A stretch of DNA of 64,000 nucleotides, from NCBI GenBank assembly GCA_951406725.2, contig OX597838.1, positions 43,276,001 to 43,340,000 on the forward strand, given 5' to 3'. This stretch comes from Octopus vulgaris (taxonomy: Eukaryota). Positions 13,086 to 27,720 of this stretch are shown one piece after another (position 1 is the stretch's first letter; every line of letters begins with the position of its first letter). The notes beneath the pieces are model-generated. The model was not told the origin of the DNA. It searched no databases and worked only from the letters and a program-made list of their open reading frames with translations. The position numbers and the translations under genes are program-made.

Positions 13086-14789
13086 TATATATATATCTTA
13101 CACATACATGTATGGAAGTACACACACACACATATGATCATAAAATTAGATGCTGGCTCATCAACTGCCAGTTTCCTGCCCCTGGTGTAGTTAGAATGTA
13201 TCTTCTTCAGACTCCTCATTTACTTTACTAGTATTTCTAATCGTTCAAGAGACATGTTTCTTTGGTCTGTTTTCATCATAACTCCTACCAACCACCACAC
13301 ACCATCATAGATTTCTATGAGATCCGAAACAATAGCACATTTATAGAACCTTAATAGAAACAGTCGCTTATCTCTTATTCATGAACTTATCTCTCTTTTG
13401 TCTACTCGTTACTCATGTAAGCTAACGACATCGACACAGCACTGTTTTCTAATCTTTCCTCTCTGTCTTTGTGTTAATCATTTCTTTTTATGATAGTGCC
13501 ACTTAGATAACCGAGGCAGGTGAAGCCTAAGAAACTGTCTACAAAGAAATAGGACTTCTATTTAAGTAAAAATAAATTGTTTATTTGAAATATAATCAAG
13601 TATCCAAATAGTTCCATCCATTATTGAGTCATTGCTTGTTGAATGTTTGTTGAGTTACTTTAGAAATATTCCCAGAAAGAGTTTCTTGTGTTCCGTTCTT
13701 GCAAAGAATTTTTCTTCTAATCGTTTGGCATTCAGATTCCTCTGTCAAAAGTTTTTTGAATCAGTCATGTGTTATCTTATAACTTCAAGATTCTAATGAT
13801 GTGATTGTTTATTTGTAGAATGGCATTGCAGGGTATGCATGAGTGGTTGGATGTGGTCAGTTTCAACATAAAACAAGTGGAATTTTTGGGGCTGGATTTA
13901 ATGCTTTAGAATTAGTATCTTTTATCATCTGAAATTGGTGATAAAATCCAGGTGGATTTCAACATTTGGAACCAAAAGGGGTCAGTGGGTCCCAAATCTG
14001 AGGAGAAGGACCATTGGAGTGGGGTGTGCTCTTACTGCAAGACCCTTACTTCTGTCCCTCTAGTCATACCCTAACCTCTCATTACCTGACACAAAGCCAC
14101 CTCCCTCAACACTACTCCCCACTCAGTTGAGAGGTTTTGTCTTTCCAGTTTCTTGGTGACTTCATTGCTGCTGGTGCCATGTAAAACACATCCTGTCATC
14201 ATCATCATCATCATCATCATCCAGTATTTTAAATCTGGGTTTTGTCCCTATTAACAGGGGTGGCTACCTCAATGCCATAGCAACTGAGGTAGGCAGGTGC
14301 AGCCCACCCCAACCTTTGGGCTGGCTGGTGCCCATTCTCCTTTGCTATCATGAGGCTTTTTATGGAGCTGGGTTTTCTACGGGGAGCAAGGCCTTGCTTA
14401 CTCCCAACTTCAGTTTTTAGATGTGAATGGTCCCGGAGACCAAGGCCTCTACTATGATTTTTAAGAGATGTGGTGGAAAACTAGCTCAGGAAGGCAGGGA
14501 TGCTACTCCCTGAGACCCCTTTCAGAGTCTCTCTACACCCTGTAAAGTGATAAGCAACAAGCTGTAGAAACCATGCTGTTAGTAAAGTCCTGGCATAGTC
14601 TTCTGACTTGCCAGCTTCTGTCAGACTGTCCAAAATGATGACGACTGTGGTGGTGGTGATGGTGATGGTGGTGGTGGTGGTGGTAGTGGTGTAATGCTTG
14701 AGCAGCTACATTCTTTCCCATAAGAACACGGTATGTTACTACACCAACATCCTGAGGTGTAGCAACTGGATTTTGCTTGTCCATGCTTC

Positions 14790-15225
14790 GGGCCTCTTCC
14801 TTCACATTGCTTCTCCCAAATGCTTCAGGATATCTAAGTAAAGCTCTTTATTGACGGCTTCAACAGTTTCACAACAAACGATGACCCTACCAAATGCTAT
14901 GACTACCTCATTGTGTTCCTTGTAATCATACATTTCTGATAATTCTCATCAGCGTTCATTGAATCAATCAAATGGTTCTTCACTGATTCTAACTCAGTTC
15001 TCTTTTCATTCGTTTGTCTGCAAATGCAGCACAGATTCTCCAGTAAATGAGGCATCTTCAATTTATTTGGCTTCTGTAATCACTTGGCATTGGAGTTTAC
15101 AGACGCCTACTTCTTTGGAACCTTCTTAGACAGTCGGGTAACAATTTTCACAGATCGCACCATGGACGTCCACAATGTCGCTGTCGTCTGTTGTTGTGGA
15201 AGGCCGTCCATCTGATGTTTGGTAT
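14790..15225 (-). mobile_element. Old mariner transposase remnant (HTH/linker region)
   Basis: Minus strand GRPSTTTDDSDIVDVHGAICENCYPTV*EGSKEVGV resembles the mariner GRPST..V...I.ENRRLTV.E motif. Confidence 0.5.
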
Positions 15226-15436
15226 AAAAAAAAAACAAATTTTTCTCAATTTGAAGCAGAATTTCATGGAAGCCTGGTTGTGTGGTTAAGAAGCTCACTT
15301 CACAGACACATGGTTTCAGGTTCAGTCCCAACGAGTGGCACCTCGAGCAAGTGTCTTCTAAATATAGTCTCAGGCTGATCAATGCATTGTGAGTGAATTT
15401 GGTAGACGGAAACTGTGTGGAAGCCCAGTGTGTGTG

Positions 15437-15468
<32 letters not shown>

Positions 15469-17286
15469 GGGAGTATATCCAAACTTACAGGGAAAAATTA
15501 GATTTAGGAATAAATCAAATTTCACAGTATAAATATAAATTAAATTAGAGATAAAACCACTATTAGGCAACTCAAACAGTGATAGACATAAACCAAAACA
15601 TAAATATAATTAATATAATATATATATATATAAAATTTAGAATTTAAATTATTAACATTTAAAATTTTTTATATTTTTATATTTTTAAATTTTAAATTTT
15701 TAAATTTTTTAATTCTTAAATTTTTTTTTTTTAAACTAACCAAAAAGTATAAAGAAGTTAAATATAATATATATGAGTGTGTGTCTTATTGTTTATGTAC
15801 CCACCCACTGCTTGATAATCGATGTTGGCTTGTTTATGTCCCTGTAACTTGGCAGTTCAGCAAAAGAGACTGATATATAAGTACTAGACTTTAAAAAAAG
15901 TACTGAGCTCAATTTGGTCAACGAAAATATTTAACCCTTTTCTTTTTTTTTTACACCAAATTCCTGTAGAAATACTCTCCCACTGTTTCACTTGATTTTC
16001 AAAATAAAGAAGAATTTAATAAAATAATTTTGTCAGCATTAAACTGGTGTTTGGGACATAAATTAACAACGAATTTGGATGAAGCGTTTTAATTTAGATC
16101 CCTTTTAATCTGGACGTTTTTGTCATAGAACCAAGGACAATTTCAGGCAGGGTGGTATTGAAAATGTCATGGTGCTGCTCCAGTATGACCACAGTCCAGT
16201 TACTGAAACAAGTTAGGGACAAACACTTGGTTCTTGCAAATCCATTCTTGTCCAATTCACAATAAATGGCCAAACTTATTAAACATACATTCATTCTAAC
16301 TTGTGTTGATGGACAATTTACTGATGTTGTTTGTTTTTTTTTTTCCTTCCTTCCACAACCCCTTTTGATCGAATCTCTACTCCCCAGCCCTTTTTTTTCT
16401 GTTCCCCTAAAGAAAAGCTCTACTTTGTATTTCGTCCCCTCTGTGTTCAGCCCTGCTGTATGGCCATTAAAGAAACAGATTAGAACCCGAGATCAAAGTC
16501 CCTTGCACACAGACCTGAATTTTCAGGTTCACTGGTGCCACATGGTGGTTTCCCTGTTTTCAAAATCCCGTTTGAATATTTCTGACGATGCTTCGCATCT
16601 TCTCTTTCTCTTCTCTTCCTTGTTCTGAGTTCAAACACTGTGTACGATTGATTTTTTACTTTTGCATTCTTCTGGGGCTGTCATGGACTAAACAGCACTC
16701 AATGCAACCAGTGCTGCTTCATTACTGGCCGTTAAACAATTAATTTTCTACCTCATCAAACCAAATCAATATCTGGGATGATCAGTTCACATTTAATCTC
16801 TATTTCAGTTAAGTTACAATTCTTATTGTAATGTATATACATCACACACACACTCAAACGTGCACGAATGCTTGTGTGCATGTACTCGCTTCCATGCCCC
16901 ACTTTGATTTTCACTATATATATTTTATGTATATGTATGTGTGTACACACACACACACAGGGTGGATGTGTGACATCGTCATCTTTTAACTGGTGCATGT
17001 TGGTTGGTTTGACAGGATCTGGTGAGCCGCAGAGCTGTATTGTGTCCCAATGTCAGCTTTGACATGGTTTCTACTACTGGATGCCTTCCCTGAAGCCAAC
17101 CACATTACAGTGTGTACTGGGTACTTTTCATGTGGCACCAGCATGGTATATATATATATATATATATATGTGTATAAATACATGCATATATGTATTTATA
17201 TATACATCTATGCAGATATATACATATATATATATTTATCTGTGTATATGTCTGTATGTGTGTGTGTATGTATGTGTATATATATG

Positions 17287-17332
<46 letters not shown>

Positions 17333-17470
17333 AGCTTATACTGATTTGTAATGTGTGTAGACACACACCCATGTAGTATGAATGCATGTATGTTTATGTG
17401 AGTATGCATGCATGTATGTATAGTTGTTTAATTCTGTTGATTGTTTTTATCTCCAAACTATTTGTACTTA

Positions 17471-17508
<38 letters not shown>

Positions 17509-17908
17509 TCATCATCATCATCATTATCATCATTATCATCATGAGTTTCACTATATATGTTTGTTATAAGAAAAAACAAAATAATAATAAATATTAAATT
17601 CTTTTATGGAAAAACTAAGAACATCTTATATAATTCTGTTCTCATTATCACACCATGCATTATGTTTCATGTTTAGGAATCAATAACCAAACTGTTTAGA
17701 ACTGGTTGCAGTTTTCATTTAATTATTAGTATTAATATTATTATTATCATCATTATCATTATTATTGTTACGGCTTGTAAAGTTTGGAAGCAATCCTTCC
17801 CTCTATGTTGAATTTCAATTAGAAATATGTATATAAATATGTACATATAAATATATATATAAATATATATATATAGATAGATATGTATGTGTATATATAT
17901 ATATATAT

Positions 17909-17954
<46 letters not shown>

Positions 17955-19074
17955 GAAAGAAATATTGAAGAGGAAAAAGAAGTGAAATTGCTAAAAGCTA
18001 GTGTTTGGGGTCGTTAATGATTTCATGTTGTTTTGCAATGGCTACAGGGCTATATGTGTTTTGTGGGTTATCAGTCCCAGCACTCTCTCTGTGCATTATC
18101 TTTGTCTGGTCTTATCAGCTGTGGGAAAATGCTGGAGTTGTCCAGATGTGTAGAACTCACATATTGACAGCTAGCAAATCGAGCCTGTCTATATGCCTTT
18201 TTCTCATAGAGAAGACAGAAAAATCAAAATCTTTAGGAAAATCTTTAGAAAGGTTGGTGGGGAAAGAGCAGCAGTAGTAGCAGTAGTAGTAGCAGTGTGT
18301 ATATTAACATTAACTAAGACTGCTAAAGAAAGACAAACAAAAAAAAAATTAGAGAGTTAAAAAAAAAAAAAGGTAAAAATGATGATGGAACCAGCCTCAG
18401 ATTTTGTATTTGAAGAGTTTTCACAGTATATGATTGAAGGTAAATAATGTTCTTTGCTTGCAATTCTCTCCTCTCTCTCCTTCTCTCCTCTCTCTCCTTC
18501 TCTCCTCTCTCTCCTTCTCTCCTCTCAGCTTGATTTATTTGTCTGTTAGTAACCAGTTGCAATTCATAAACAAAACTCACATAAAACTTATATATTTCAT
18601 TCTCTTTCATTTGTTATTTTTCTCTGGTTTCTTTTTAAACCCTTCCTTCCCTCTCTGCATCTGTGTGCGAGTTTGTGTTCACAGCGCACCGAATTATTGC
18701 GCATACTATTTACACATACACGCATATGTCTATAGACACACACACACACATACAGTTGGTGCATGCGCACACTCATTGGTAGACGTAAAACATCTAACAC
18801 TCACAAACAACAACAAAAATATCGAAAATAAAATCGAATAATTGAAAGTTGCTTTCTGTGGCCATGCTTTTGCTAATGATATCTCTAAGTTATCAATATT
18901 AATACTGATGTTGTGATTCCATTGAGTCGAATTTGATGAGAAAACCAGACACTTGTATAGAACTTCGAGTGAGAGGACTGCACTTGCTGCAATAGTGGAC
19001 ATCTGGCCGGGGTTCCCTTGAGAACGTCTCCTACTGTGACATTGTCCTGCTCACATCTATCCTCTGTTTTCATC

Positions 19075-19208
19075 TATAAATTGATCTCCAGTCTCACCTC
19101 CCTCAGCTGCAAAATTTCTCAGTTTAACCAGTCGAATAACGTGTAAATGTGATAATCGACCCGAGATGTAATATAAGGAGAAAGTGCTTATGGCCAGCTT
19201 GAAACAGG
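19075..19208 (+). promoter_or_regulatory. Weak candidate internal promoter/first exon
   Basis: TATAAAT at 19075, TCAGCT whose A (19105) lies 30 nt downstream, ATG 19191 (MASLKQ), weak donor CAG|GTTCAC. Lies in a TE-poor block. Confidence 0.22.
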
Positions 19209-22200
19209 TTCACCATATTTCAATTTTTCCATGATCTCTTCTGCTCTCTCTAACCTTTCTCTATTTTCACAGCCATGTTGAATTTCTAGCATTAGAAAAT
19301 ATATTTATCTTTCTCCATTGCATATTGATTAGATCTTGTTTTTTCTATATTTATTCCTTTCAGATCACTTCTAATTAATTATGATAATTATCTTGTTTTA
19401 ATTAACTTTTATCATTTAATGATTTTATACAAAAAATAGCAAAACTTTTTATTTTAAATCCTCCTCCTTCATATACTAACCATTATAGGAACCATAGAAG
19501 AACTGTTGTGCATGATTTACTGTGTATCAAATGTCATGTTTGTTATTCTTATATATACCTGTATATACACTCTTTGTTTCCGTGTATTTATCAATACTTG
19601 TACACCTTATTACTCATCTGTTATTCACATAGTGTGTGTGTGTATATGTATGTGTATATGTGTGTGTAAATATATGTATATATGTGTGTGTATGTGTGTG
19701 TTTATACACACACATGCACACGCGCACTGTATTTGTATGTATGTATATGTTTATAACAACCTTATATTTGTGTAAAGCTCTTATATAACATTTCTATCAT
19801 ATTAATCATTTTTCTTAGGTTAGTTTCTTATTGGAAGGCAAACACTTTCTCTTTCTCTTGTTTTAGATTCAGTCAAAGACAACTTTGTTGTTTTTTGTTC
19901 CATTCCTTGATAAAGTTCTGTGCAGAAATTCAGAAAAATTTCAGTTTTTATTCTTTGTATAAATTTCCAGTTAAAAAAAAAAAATTAAATTCATAACATA
20001 GTCTTAATGATAATAGCAGTGCCCCAGCATGGTCTCAGCCAACAGACTTGAACAAGTTAAAACGGTAAACAGTGCAATGTTGTTGCAAAGACAATGTGTG
20101 TGTGTGTGTATACATATGTATATTTATAAAAGGCATAACTTCCATGTTCTTTGTTATTATTTTGAAGATTCATTATTTTTGTTCCTCGTGTGATCAAACA
20201 TGGATGAGTATGTGTAGAATAATACAAGAGAAAACATTGATGTATTACTAGTTAGATGACCACATACTCTATATACCCAGGTTTTTGCCACTCACTCCCC
20301 CTCTCTCCACTCTTCCTTCGCAATATCCTGCTACTTATATTGGTGTTCAAACCTCAAAGATATCCACTGGCACTTGCCACGATCTCTCTCTCTCTCTCTC
20401 TCTCTCTCTTCCTTTATTCAAACATCCCATTTATATTCTGACCCCCATCCCTTGTGAGTTTGCCCAGCATTTTGCCACCATCTCTATCCTGATGTCTCCT
20501 ATTCTCTGTCTCTTTCTCCTGCACTTCCCTCAGGTTGGGTAACCATGTATTTCCTTTGTGGTAGCACACCTGTTTGTTTTCATTCCTGATCTCTCTCTCT
20601 CTCTCTCTCTGGCTGGGTCACCTTGTACTTCCTCTACAAGACACCTGTTTCTCTCTCACTGTAACCTTCCATCATCCAACACAAGATCACCTCCTCCAAT
20701 GTCCCCTCCCCTCTTGAAAATCTTTTTCCGGCTTGCAAGTACTCAGTGACCTTGTCATTGTAGGTGCCACTTAAAAGCATCCAGTCCACTCTGTAAAGTG
20801 GTTTGGTGTTAGGAAGGGCATCCAGCTGTAAAAACCTTGCCAAAACTGACCTCACCTGTGCTTGTTCCACACAAAAAGCACCAAGTCCACTCTGCTGAGT
20901 GGTTGATGTTAGGAAGGGCATCCAGCTGTAAAAATCCTGCCAAAATAGCCACAGAAGTCTGGTGTAGGCTTCGGCCTGGTTGGCTCTTGTGAAACTCTCC
21001 CACCCATGCTAGCATGGAGGGCAGACATTAAACGATGATGATAATGTTTACATTTAGAATAATACTTTTTAATAATAATAATAATGATTTCAAATTTTGG
21101 TACTAATTTCATCAACCCTGAAAGGATGAAAGGCAAAGTTGACCTTGGTGAATTTGAACTCACAATAATGTTCTCAGTAGTGTCTGTTTTTCATTACTGG
21201 TCTGCAGTATGGCCATTTTCCTCCTGACATGGGCATCATCTTTGGGTACCATTTCTCCTCTCCTTAGATAATTAAAATCATTTTTGTTTCAGCATAACAA
21301 GCATTCATTTTTTCCTGTTTACCATAATTGTCATATTAATGCTGATGTGACTACTATCATAGTCATCATCATCTTCCTCATCATCATCATCATCTCATCA
21401 CCATCACTATTATGCAACTTTAATTGGAAAATTTTACAAATGAGTCTCCTCCTCATCATGGTTTTGATTCTTGCTGTTTTGCATTCTCATCATAATATAT
21501 TATTGACTTGAAAGACATCAGCATGCTTCAGAAAGTAATTTGTTCATTGAATTCTATAAACAAGAAGGATCATTCGTGTTTAGATTCAGTGATTTGGGAG
21601 TAGCTCTGACTAAAGAGACACTATCAGCTTGAAGCATCACAAGAGTCTAAGGTTCCCCTCCATCACTGATTCAAGTGTGTTGTCAACATTGTCTGAAGTG
21701 AGATGTTCTCCAAAGGTGAAGCACAACATACTCTCTTGCAATCTAGATCCATCCCCACCCCTGTTCTGTCTGTCCCATTCATTTCTACCCACCTTCTACA
21801 ATGAGGGTTTACCCTGACATCTCATTATTGTTATTTTCATCACTTTCCAGCTCCCCCTGATTACTCTTAGCTTTTCTTCTAAAATGTGTGCATGTAGCCA
21901 TGTAACTCCTCTACAGCAATAAACCTGTTCTGCTCTGGCCCCGTCTCATACTTTAACCCCTCATCTCCTAGTGTAAAGCTGTCCCCTTGGAGTTTATAGT
22001 CTTGCAAACTCCATAGTGTCCTCATTAGTGTTTGTGTCACACTGCAAAGTGGTTGGATTTGGGAAGGACATTCAGCCAAGGCAGATATTGGAACCCACAA
22101 CATCCTGTCAAACTGTCCAACCCATTCCAGCATGGAACATGAACTTTGAATGATGACAATGAGGATCTCTGACGTTTGTGTTCCCACACTTCTGTGTCAC

Positions 22201-24176
22201 TAACCAGGAAGGATGTTTAACTGTAATCTGTTAATATCTACTGAAGAAGCAAGGGTTTAATAATGATCTGTACACATCCTGTCATACGGAAATGGTTTAG
22301 GACACACTCAAATCTATTTCAATATTTCAATAATTTAACTAACCAAGTATTTTTGAGCAAAATTAAGTGTTTAACCACAGCGGGCTCATTAATCTTGTTG
22401 TGCTCAGTTCAAACTCTCTCAAAGGTAACATGACCTTTTATGTCATCCATCAAGTCCACTCAGCTTGTGTCTTGCAGTTTTCTCTTCTCTCTTTCTCTCC
22501 AGTCTTATTGTAAAATTAGATTGTTACCCTTTTGTTATTAATTATATTGCTTGAATTTTCTTTGGTAATTATATCCATTTGTAGCTAATTAACTTGAATG
22601 AGTTCAAATTTTACTGTTTGTTTGTAAGATCTGAGCTCAGTGTAAGATGTTGGTCACTAACACTATACAATGGTTATGGTGACAAGGTGTACCTCCTCAT
22701 GGTACCTATCTACAATGATATGGATTTTACCCACCAATAATTAAGTCCTCTTGCAGTGCCAGTGCCAGGATATGAAACTATAACACTTCAATGGTAGGTC
22801 ACACATCATAAAGATTTGATTAGCTGTGAGTGTGTGCAGTCATTCTACTATTACTACTGCTACTGCTGCTACTACTACTATTATCCTGATGATGATGGAG
22901 GATGCGAAAAGCCTTAAATAGAGAAGGTATTCTCTGGCTGACCCATGTATGTCAGGTGACTCAGACCCCAGGGGAGGCACCAAAGCAACAGCAATCCTGG
23001 GAAAACAAAAGTGCTCAAAGCATAGAAGGAATCTCTTTGTTGAGCTTTTTCTGGTAAAGATGTATTGGAGTTTTGGAAAAAATACTCTACATGATTCACT
23101 TTCACTTCTGTTTGTCAATGGTATCCTTTCCTTTGATCTTTAAGGGGTCAGTGAAATAAGTTGCTATCAATCAGTCAATCAAATCCATCATGATTTTACC
23201 ATCATTGAGTAAAGGTCTTTCTTGTATGACTTTCAGCTTTGAGTTTCTGGCCCCCAATTTATTTGCCGAATCTATCCACTTCATTCCTTCAATATGTTCT
23301 TCTCCATCCTTCTATCCTGCCATCTTGTTTATTGTTCATTTCCTTCCATCTTTCCATCTTATTCTTCATTGTCCTGTTTCTGTTGCTGTCTTTCAGAACC
23401 CCCTCCATCAACATATTCATCCCCACCCCCACCTGCACTCATTAATTCCCCCCTCCACTGTGGCCACTCCCAATTACATCTCAATTCAACAGTGTCATTC
23501 AGTTTCACTTGCTCTCACCTCCATTTCATTGCTTTACCCCCCCCCATTAATCCAAATCTTAATCCTTTGGCATTCACATCATTTTGTCCACTGATCTGTT
23601 TATTTGTTTGCATTTGGAATTACTCGTTCATTATCTTTCTGCATTGAGATTTCAGTGATGTACTTTTTTTATTTTTAGTAAGACATTGTAGGGAAGGTGT
23701 GAGAGGCTGGATCTTACCAGTTTGAACTTAAAACAAGTAGAATTTTTGGGCTGGATAGGGTCAGTTTACATGCTAAAGGGTTCAACTGTTTTTAGCTTGT
23801 TTGTTTGGTCTTTTATCTGGTTCCATATTTTTATACTAAAAGAAACTTTGGAGGAATGATGCATTGGTTTAAAACCCATCTTTTAAGACTGAGGAACATT
23901 TTGCTTTTAAAAATGGGAATTATTCTTCCAAAGGTAATTCACTGTTTGATATCTTTTACTTGATTGTGTTCTTATAAGTCAACCGATATAGGTGTAACTG
24001 TTTAAAGTAATTGAAGTGGAACTAATTCTATGATAACTATAGTAACTATGTAACTATAGCAACCATGTTACTATGGTACCCAAGTTACTAAATGTAGTCA
24101 TGTAATTGGGTTCACTCAGTTATGCTCCTCTACAAATATATAATTGTTCTTTGTTAATGTAAATAACAAAACAAAA

Positions 24177-24177
<1 letters not shown>

Positions 24178-24246
<69 letters not shown>

Positions 24247-24572
24247 TTACTTCTCAGATCTCTCAGTCTTATTTGCTCTGGTTGATTCTGTGAGAGCGGA
24301 CAGCACCCTGTTGTCATGGGTCTCATAGGATCCTTTCTGCAAACTATAAGCTTGGTACTTGGTTGTTAACTCATCGTGGAAGACACTGAACTCCCAAGCA
24401 CCAGCCTCAAAATCCTAGCTGCCCCCAACAGAGGAATCCCAATAATTGTAGGGGCACTTGGAGTACTAACAACCAAGTTTGAGAGCTATGTCAGAGAAAC
24501 TGGAATTGAGATGAGGGCAGAGCAGGCCCCCAAAATTATAATTATAATTATTATTATTATTATTATTATTAT
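24178..24572 (-). mobile_element. Short R4/Dong-like copy with 5' inversion, in (TAA)n
   Basis: Minus strand LLGAARILRLVLG from 24431 downward, plus strand GIPIIVGALG...EQAPK at 24433-24534, flanked by ATT runs. Confidence 0.75.
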
Positions 24573-24787
24573 TAAGGTGGCGAGCTAGGAGAATCGTTAG
24601 CACACCAGGTAAAATGCTTAATGGTATATCATCTGCCTTTACATTCTGAGTTCAAATTCCACTGAGGTCAACTTTGCCTTTCATCCTTTCGGGGTTGATA
24701 AATTAAGCACCAGTTAAACGCTAGGGTTGATGTAATTGACTTATCCCCTCTCCCAAAATGGTTCCCTTGTGGCAAAAATTTGAAACC

Positions 24788-25460
24788 ATTATTATTATTA
24801 TTACTGAGTGAGAGGGCAACACGCATTATGAGAGTGATGCTGAGGTGCAAATACATGAAGCCCAATATACTCATCACACCTACCCATCTGATAAGGGTGC
24901 ACTAGGCAAATAGGGCCCAGTTAGAATTTTCTTCACGTTTGAGTAGGCCATCCCACTCAAAAGGTCCCTGAATATGGTTTGTTTAAGGATGATGAATGAA
25001 ACATGTTTCCAGAGATGAATTATTGAAACCCCAAAGAATTCCTCTCAACACATGGCTATGATGTTCTCCCACTACTTCTGCTCGTGATCAGGAATGCACA
25101 TATCATCAGCCACTAAGGGACATGCTCAACTGGTCAAGGTCAAGCAACTGACAAGCAGATCTGTGTTATTGAGCCAAATATTTGTTGTAGCTCATTTTTC
25201 ATACCAAGAAGCCACGAGGGCCATTGTCTGATATGGCATCCACTGCCTGGTATTGTATCTCAGCTTTATTTCAGTGAGAATGCTGGGAAGTGCCAGCAGA
25301 CTCAGGTGACATTTGTTTACCGATCAATCTTCCAGGACCCTGTGGAGAACTCTTGCAGTTCCAAGCAATGAGGATTTTCATAGCTATTTTGACACATTAA
25401 TTCCAATCTTTTTGAGCCACATTCATTGTTAGATGAGTGCTGATACTTCAAATGTGCCAA
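24788..25460 (-). mobile_element. R4/Dong-like 3' end (KSSLLGTARVLHRVLED*) with long 3' UTR and (TAA)n tail
   Basis: Minus-strand translation at 25324-25380. The downstream ~520 nt is homologous to 27136-27652 and 27721-28275. Confidence 0.7.
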
Positions 25461-26074
25461 TCATCATCATCATCATCGTTTAATGTCCGCTTTCCATGCT
25501 GGCATGGGTTGGACGTTTTGACTGAGGGTTGTCGAACCAGGTGGCTGCACCAGGCTTCAATCTTGATCTGGCAGAGTTTCTACAGCTGGATGCCCTTCCT
25601 AACGCCAACCACTCCGAGAGTGTAGTGGGTGCTTTTACGTGCCACCAGCATGGGGACCAGTCAGGTGGTACTGACAATGACCTCGTTTGAATCTTTTTAC
25701 ACATGCCACCGGCACCGGTGCCAGTAAGGTGATGCAAGTAACGATCACGCTCAAATGGTGCCTCTTACGTGCCACTGGCACGGAGGCCAGTTAGCCGCTC
25801 TGGCAACGATCATGCTCAGATGGTGCTCTTAGCACCCTACTAGCATGGGCACAAGTGCCAGTAAGGCGACGCTGGTAATGATCACACTCGAATGGTGCCC
25901 TTTTATGTTCCACTGGCATGGAAGCTGGTTAGCCACTCTGTCAACGATCACACTCGTATGGTGCTCTTTGCACCCCGCTAGCACAGATGCCAGTCATCGA
26001 ATTTAATTTTGATTTCATTTGCCTCAACAGGTCTTCGCAAGCAGAGTTTAGTGTCCAAAGAAGGAAATTTGTCT

Positions 26075-27110
26075 ACTTTCTTCATTGCCCAAAACTGGCG
26101 CATTTCCCACTTCGATTCTTCTTTCTCTTCAACCCTTTTCTCACCAGGACATGCTATGTTGATTATCATGCAAGGTTTTCATGCAGCAATGTCAGATTTC
26201 CAATGTCTGGTCTGGTGGTCAATTTGAATCATTGCATCCCACAGGATTTTGCAGTTTTCATTCTTGGCAACTTCTTCTGGGATTTGGTCATACCACGTCT
26301 TTGCTTTTTGTGGGCTGTGATTTCCACACAGGTCCCACTGGATCATTCTTGCCACATTATCATGTTGTGCCAATTTTGGGCATTCACTAATAATGTGCCA
26401 CACTGTGTCACCCCTCTCACCATACATTCTGCATTTGTCACCCTCGGTTGTTTTATGAATTCTGCACTTTACACAGTTGGTCCTCAATGCTTGTTCTGCA
26501 CATAGAAGTGCTTCTGTTTCTATTTGCAAATCACCCCTCCATATCCATAACCACCAGCCTTTTCTATTTGTCTTGGTGCTCATATCTCTTGCAAACTGAC
26601 ATACATTTCTTCCTCTTCTGACATACATTTCTTCCTCTTCTCCATGCCATTTCTATTTTTGTGTGGCTTTCCTCTTTCAATTTCTCTGTCTTTACACTTT
26701 TATCAGTTTTGATGATGCCAGACTTCTTCACATGCATCAACAATGGTTCCAGGGTATTTTTTACAGACCACCCTAAACTGATTCCACACAATCCTGGCAA
26801 CTAATCAAACTTCTTTTCCCTTTCTTCTGGACAAGTACAAACCATCGACGTCACTCTTGAAATGGAATGCTCTCCCTGCATTGTCAAAGGTTTCTGTCTC
26901 TTTCTATCCATACCCATCTGTTCATTCTTATGCCAGTTTATGATTCCAGATCCATACCTAAGTGTTGCTGTCCTCCATGTATTTACTGCTTGGAATTTAT
27001 TCTTCCATCCACTCAATTTCGGACACAATACCAATCGTAGTCTTTGGAAATACTCTTTCTTCAGCTGTTCTCTCATTACCATGATTTCAGTGACCCTTAG
27101 TATGCCAAGG
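26075..27110 (-). mobile_element. Decayed R4/Dong-like LINE fragment (RT C-terminus, zinc-knuckle region)
   Basis: KEYFQRLRLVL..LSGWKNKFQAVNTW..LRYGSGII; ETEALLCAEQALRTN..CRMYGERGDTVWHIISECPKLAQ..ILWD. Confidence 0.8.
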
Positions 27111-27135
27111 TACTTATTATTGTTATTATTATTAT

Positions 27136-27650
27136 TGAGTGATATACAAAGCCCATATACCCATCATGACTACCCGTCTGATAAGGGTACACCAGGCACA
27201 TGCATCACAACCACATGTGCATGACATGGTGATCTCATATCAAGATAAACAGCGCATGACCTTGCAGGTGGGGCCTAGTTAGAATTTTCTTCAGGTCAAG
27301 TAGCCCGTTCTTCTCAAAAGGTCCCTGAATAAGCTTTGTTTAAGGATGATGAATGAAATACCCATGTTCCCAAAGGGAAATTATCCAAACCCCAAAGAAT
27401 TCCTCTTAACACATGGCTATGATGCTCCCCCACTACTCCTGCTTGTGATCAGAGATGCACATATTATCAGCCACCAAGGGTCATTCTCAACTGCTTAAGG
27501 TCAAGCAAATGACAAGCAAATCTGTGGTATTGAGAAGCAAATATGTTGCAGCTAATCTTTTATACCAAGGCAAAACAATGGACATGATAACACTTCCAAT
27601 CAGTTAAAATCAGAAGCCATTAGAGCCACTGCCTGGTACTGCATCAGGGC

Positions 27651-27652
<2 letters not shown>
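27136..27652 (-). mobile_element. Non-coding R4/Dong 3'-UTR-derived element, copy 1
   Basis: Homologous to 24805-25260 and 27721-28275. Bounded by (ATT)n. Confidence 0.75.
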
Positions 27653-27720
<68 letters not shown>

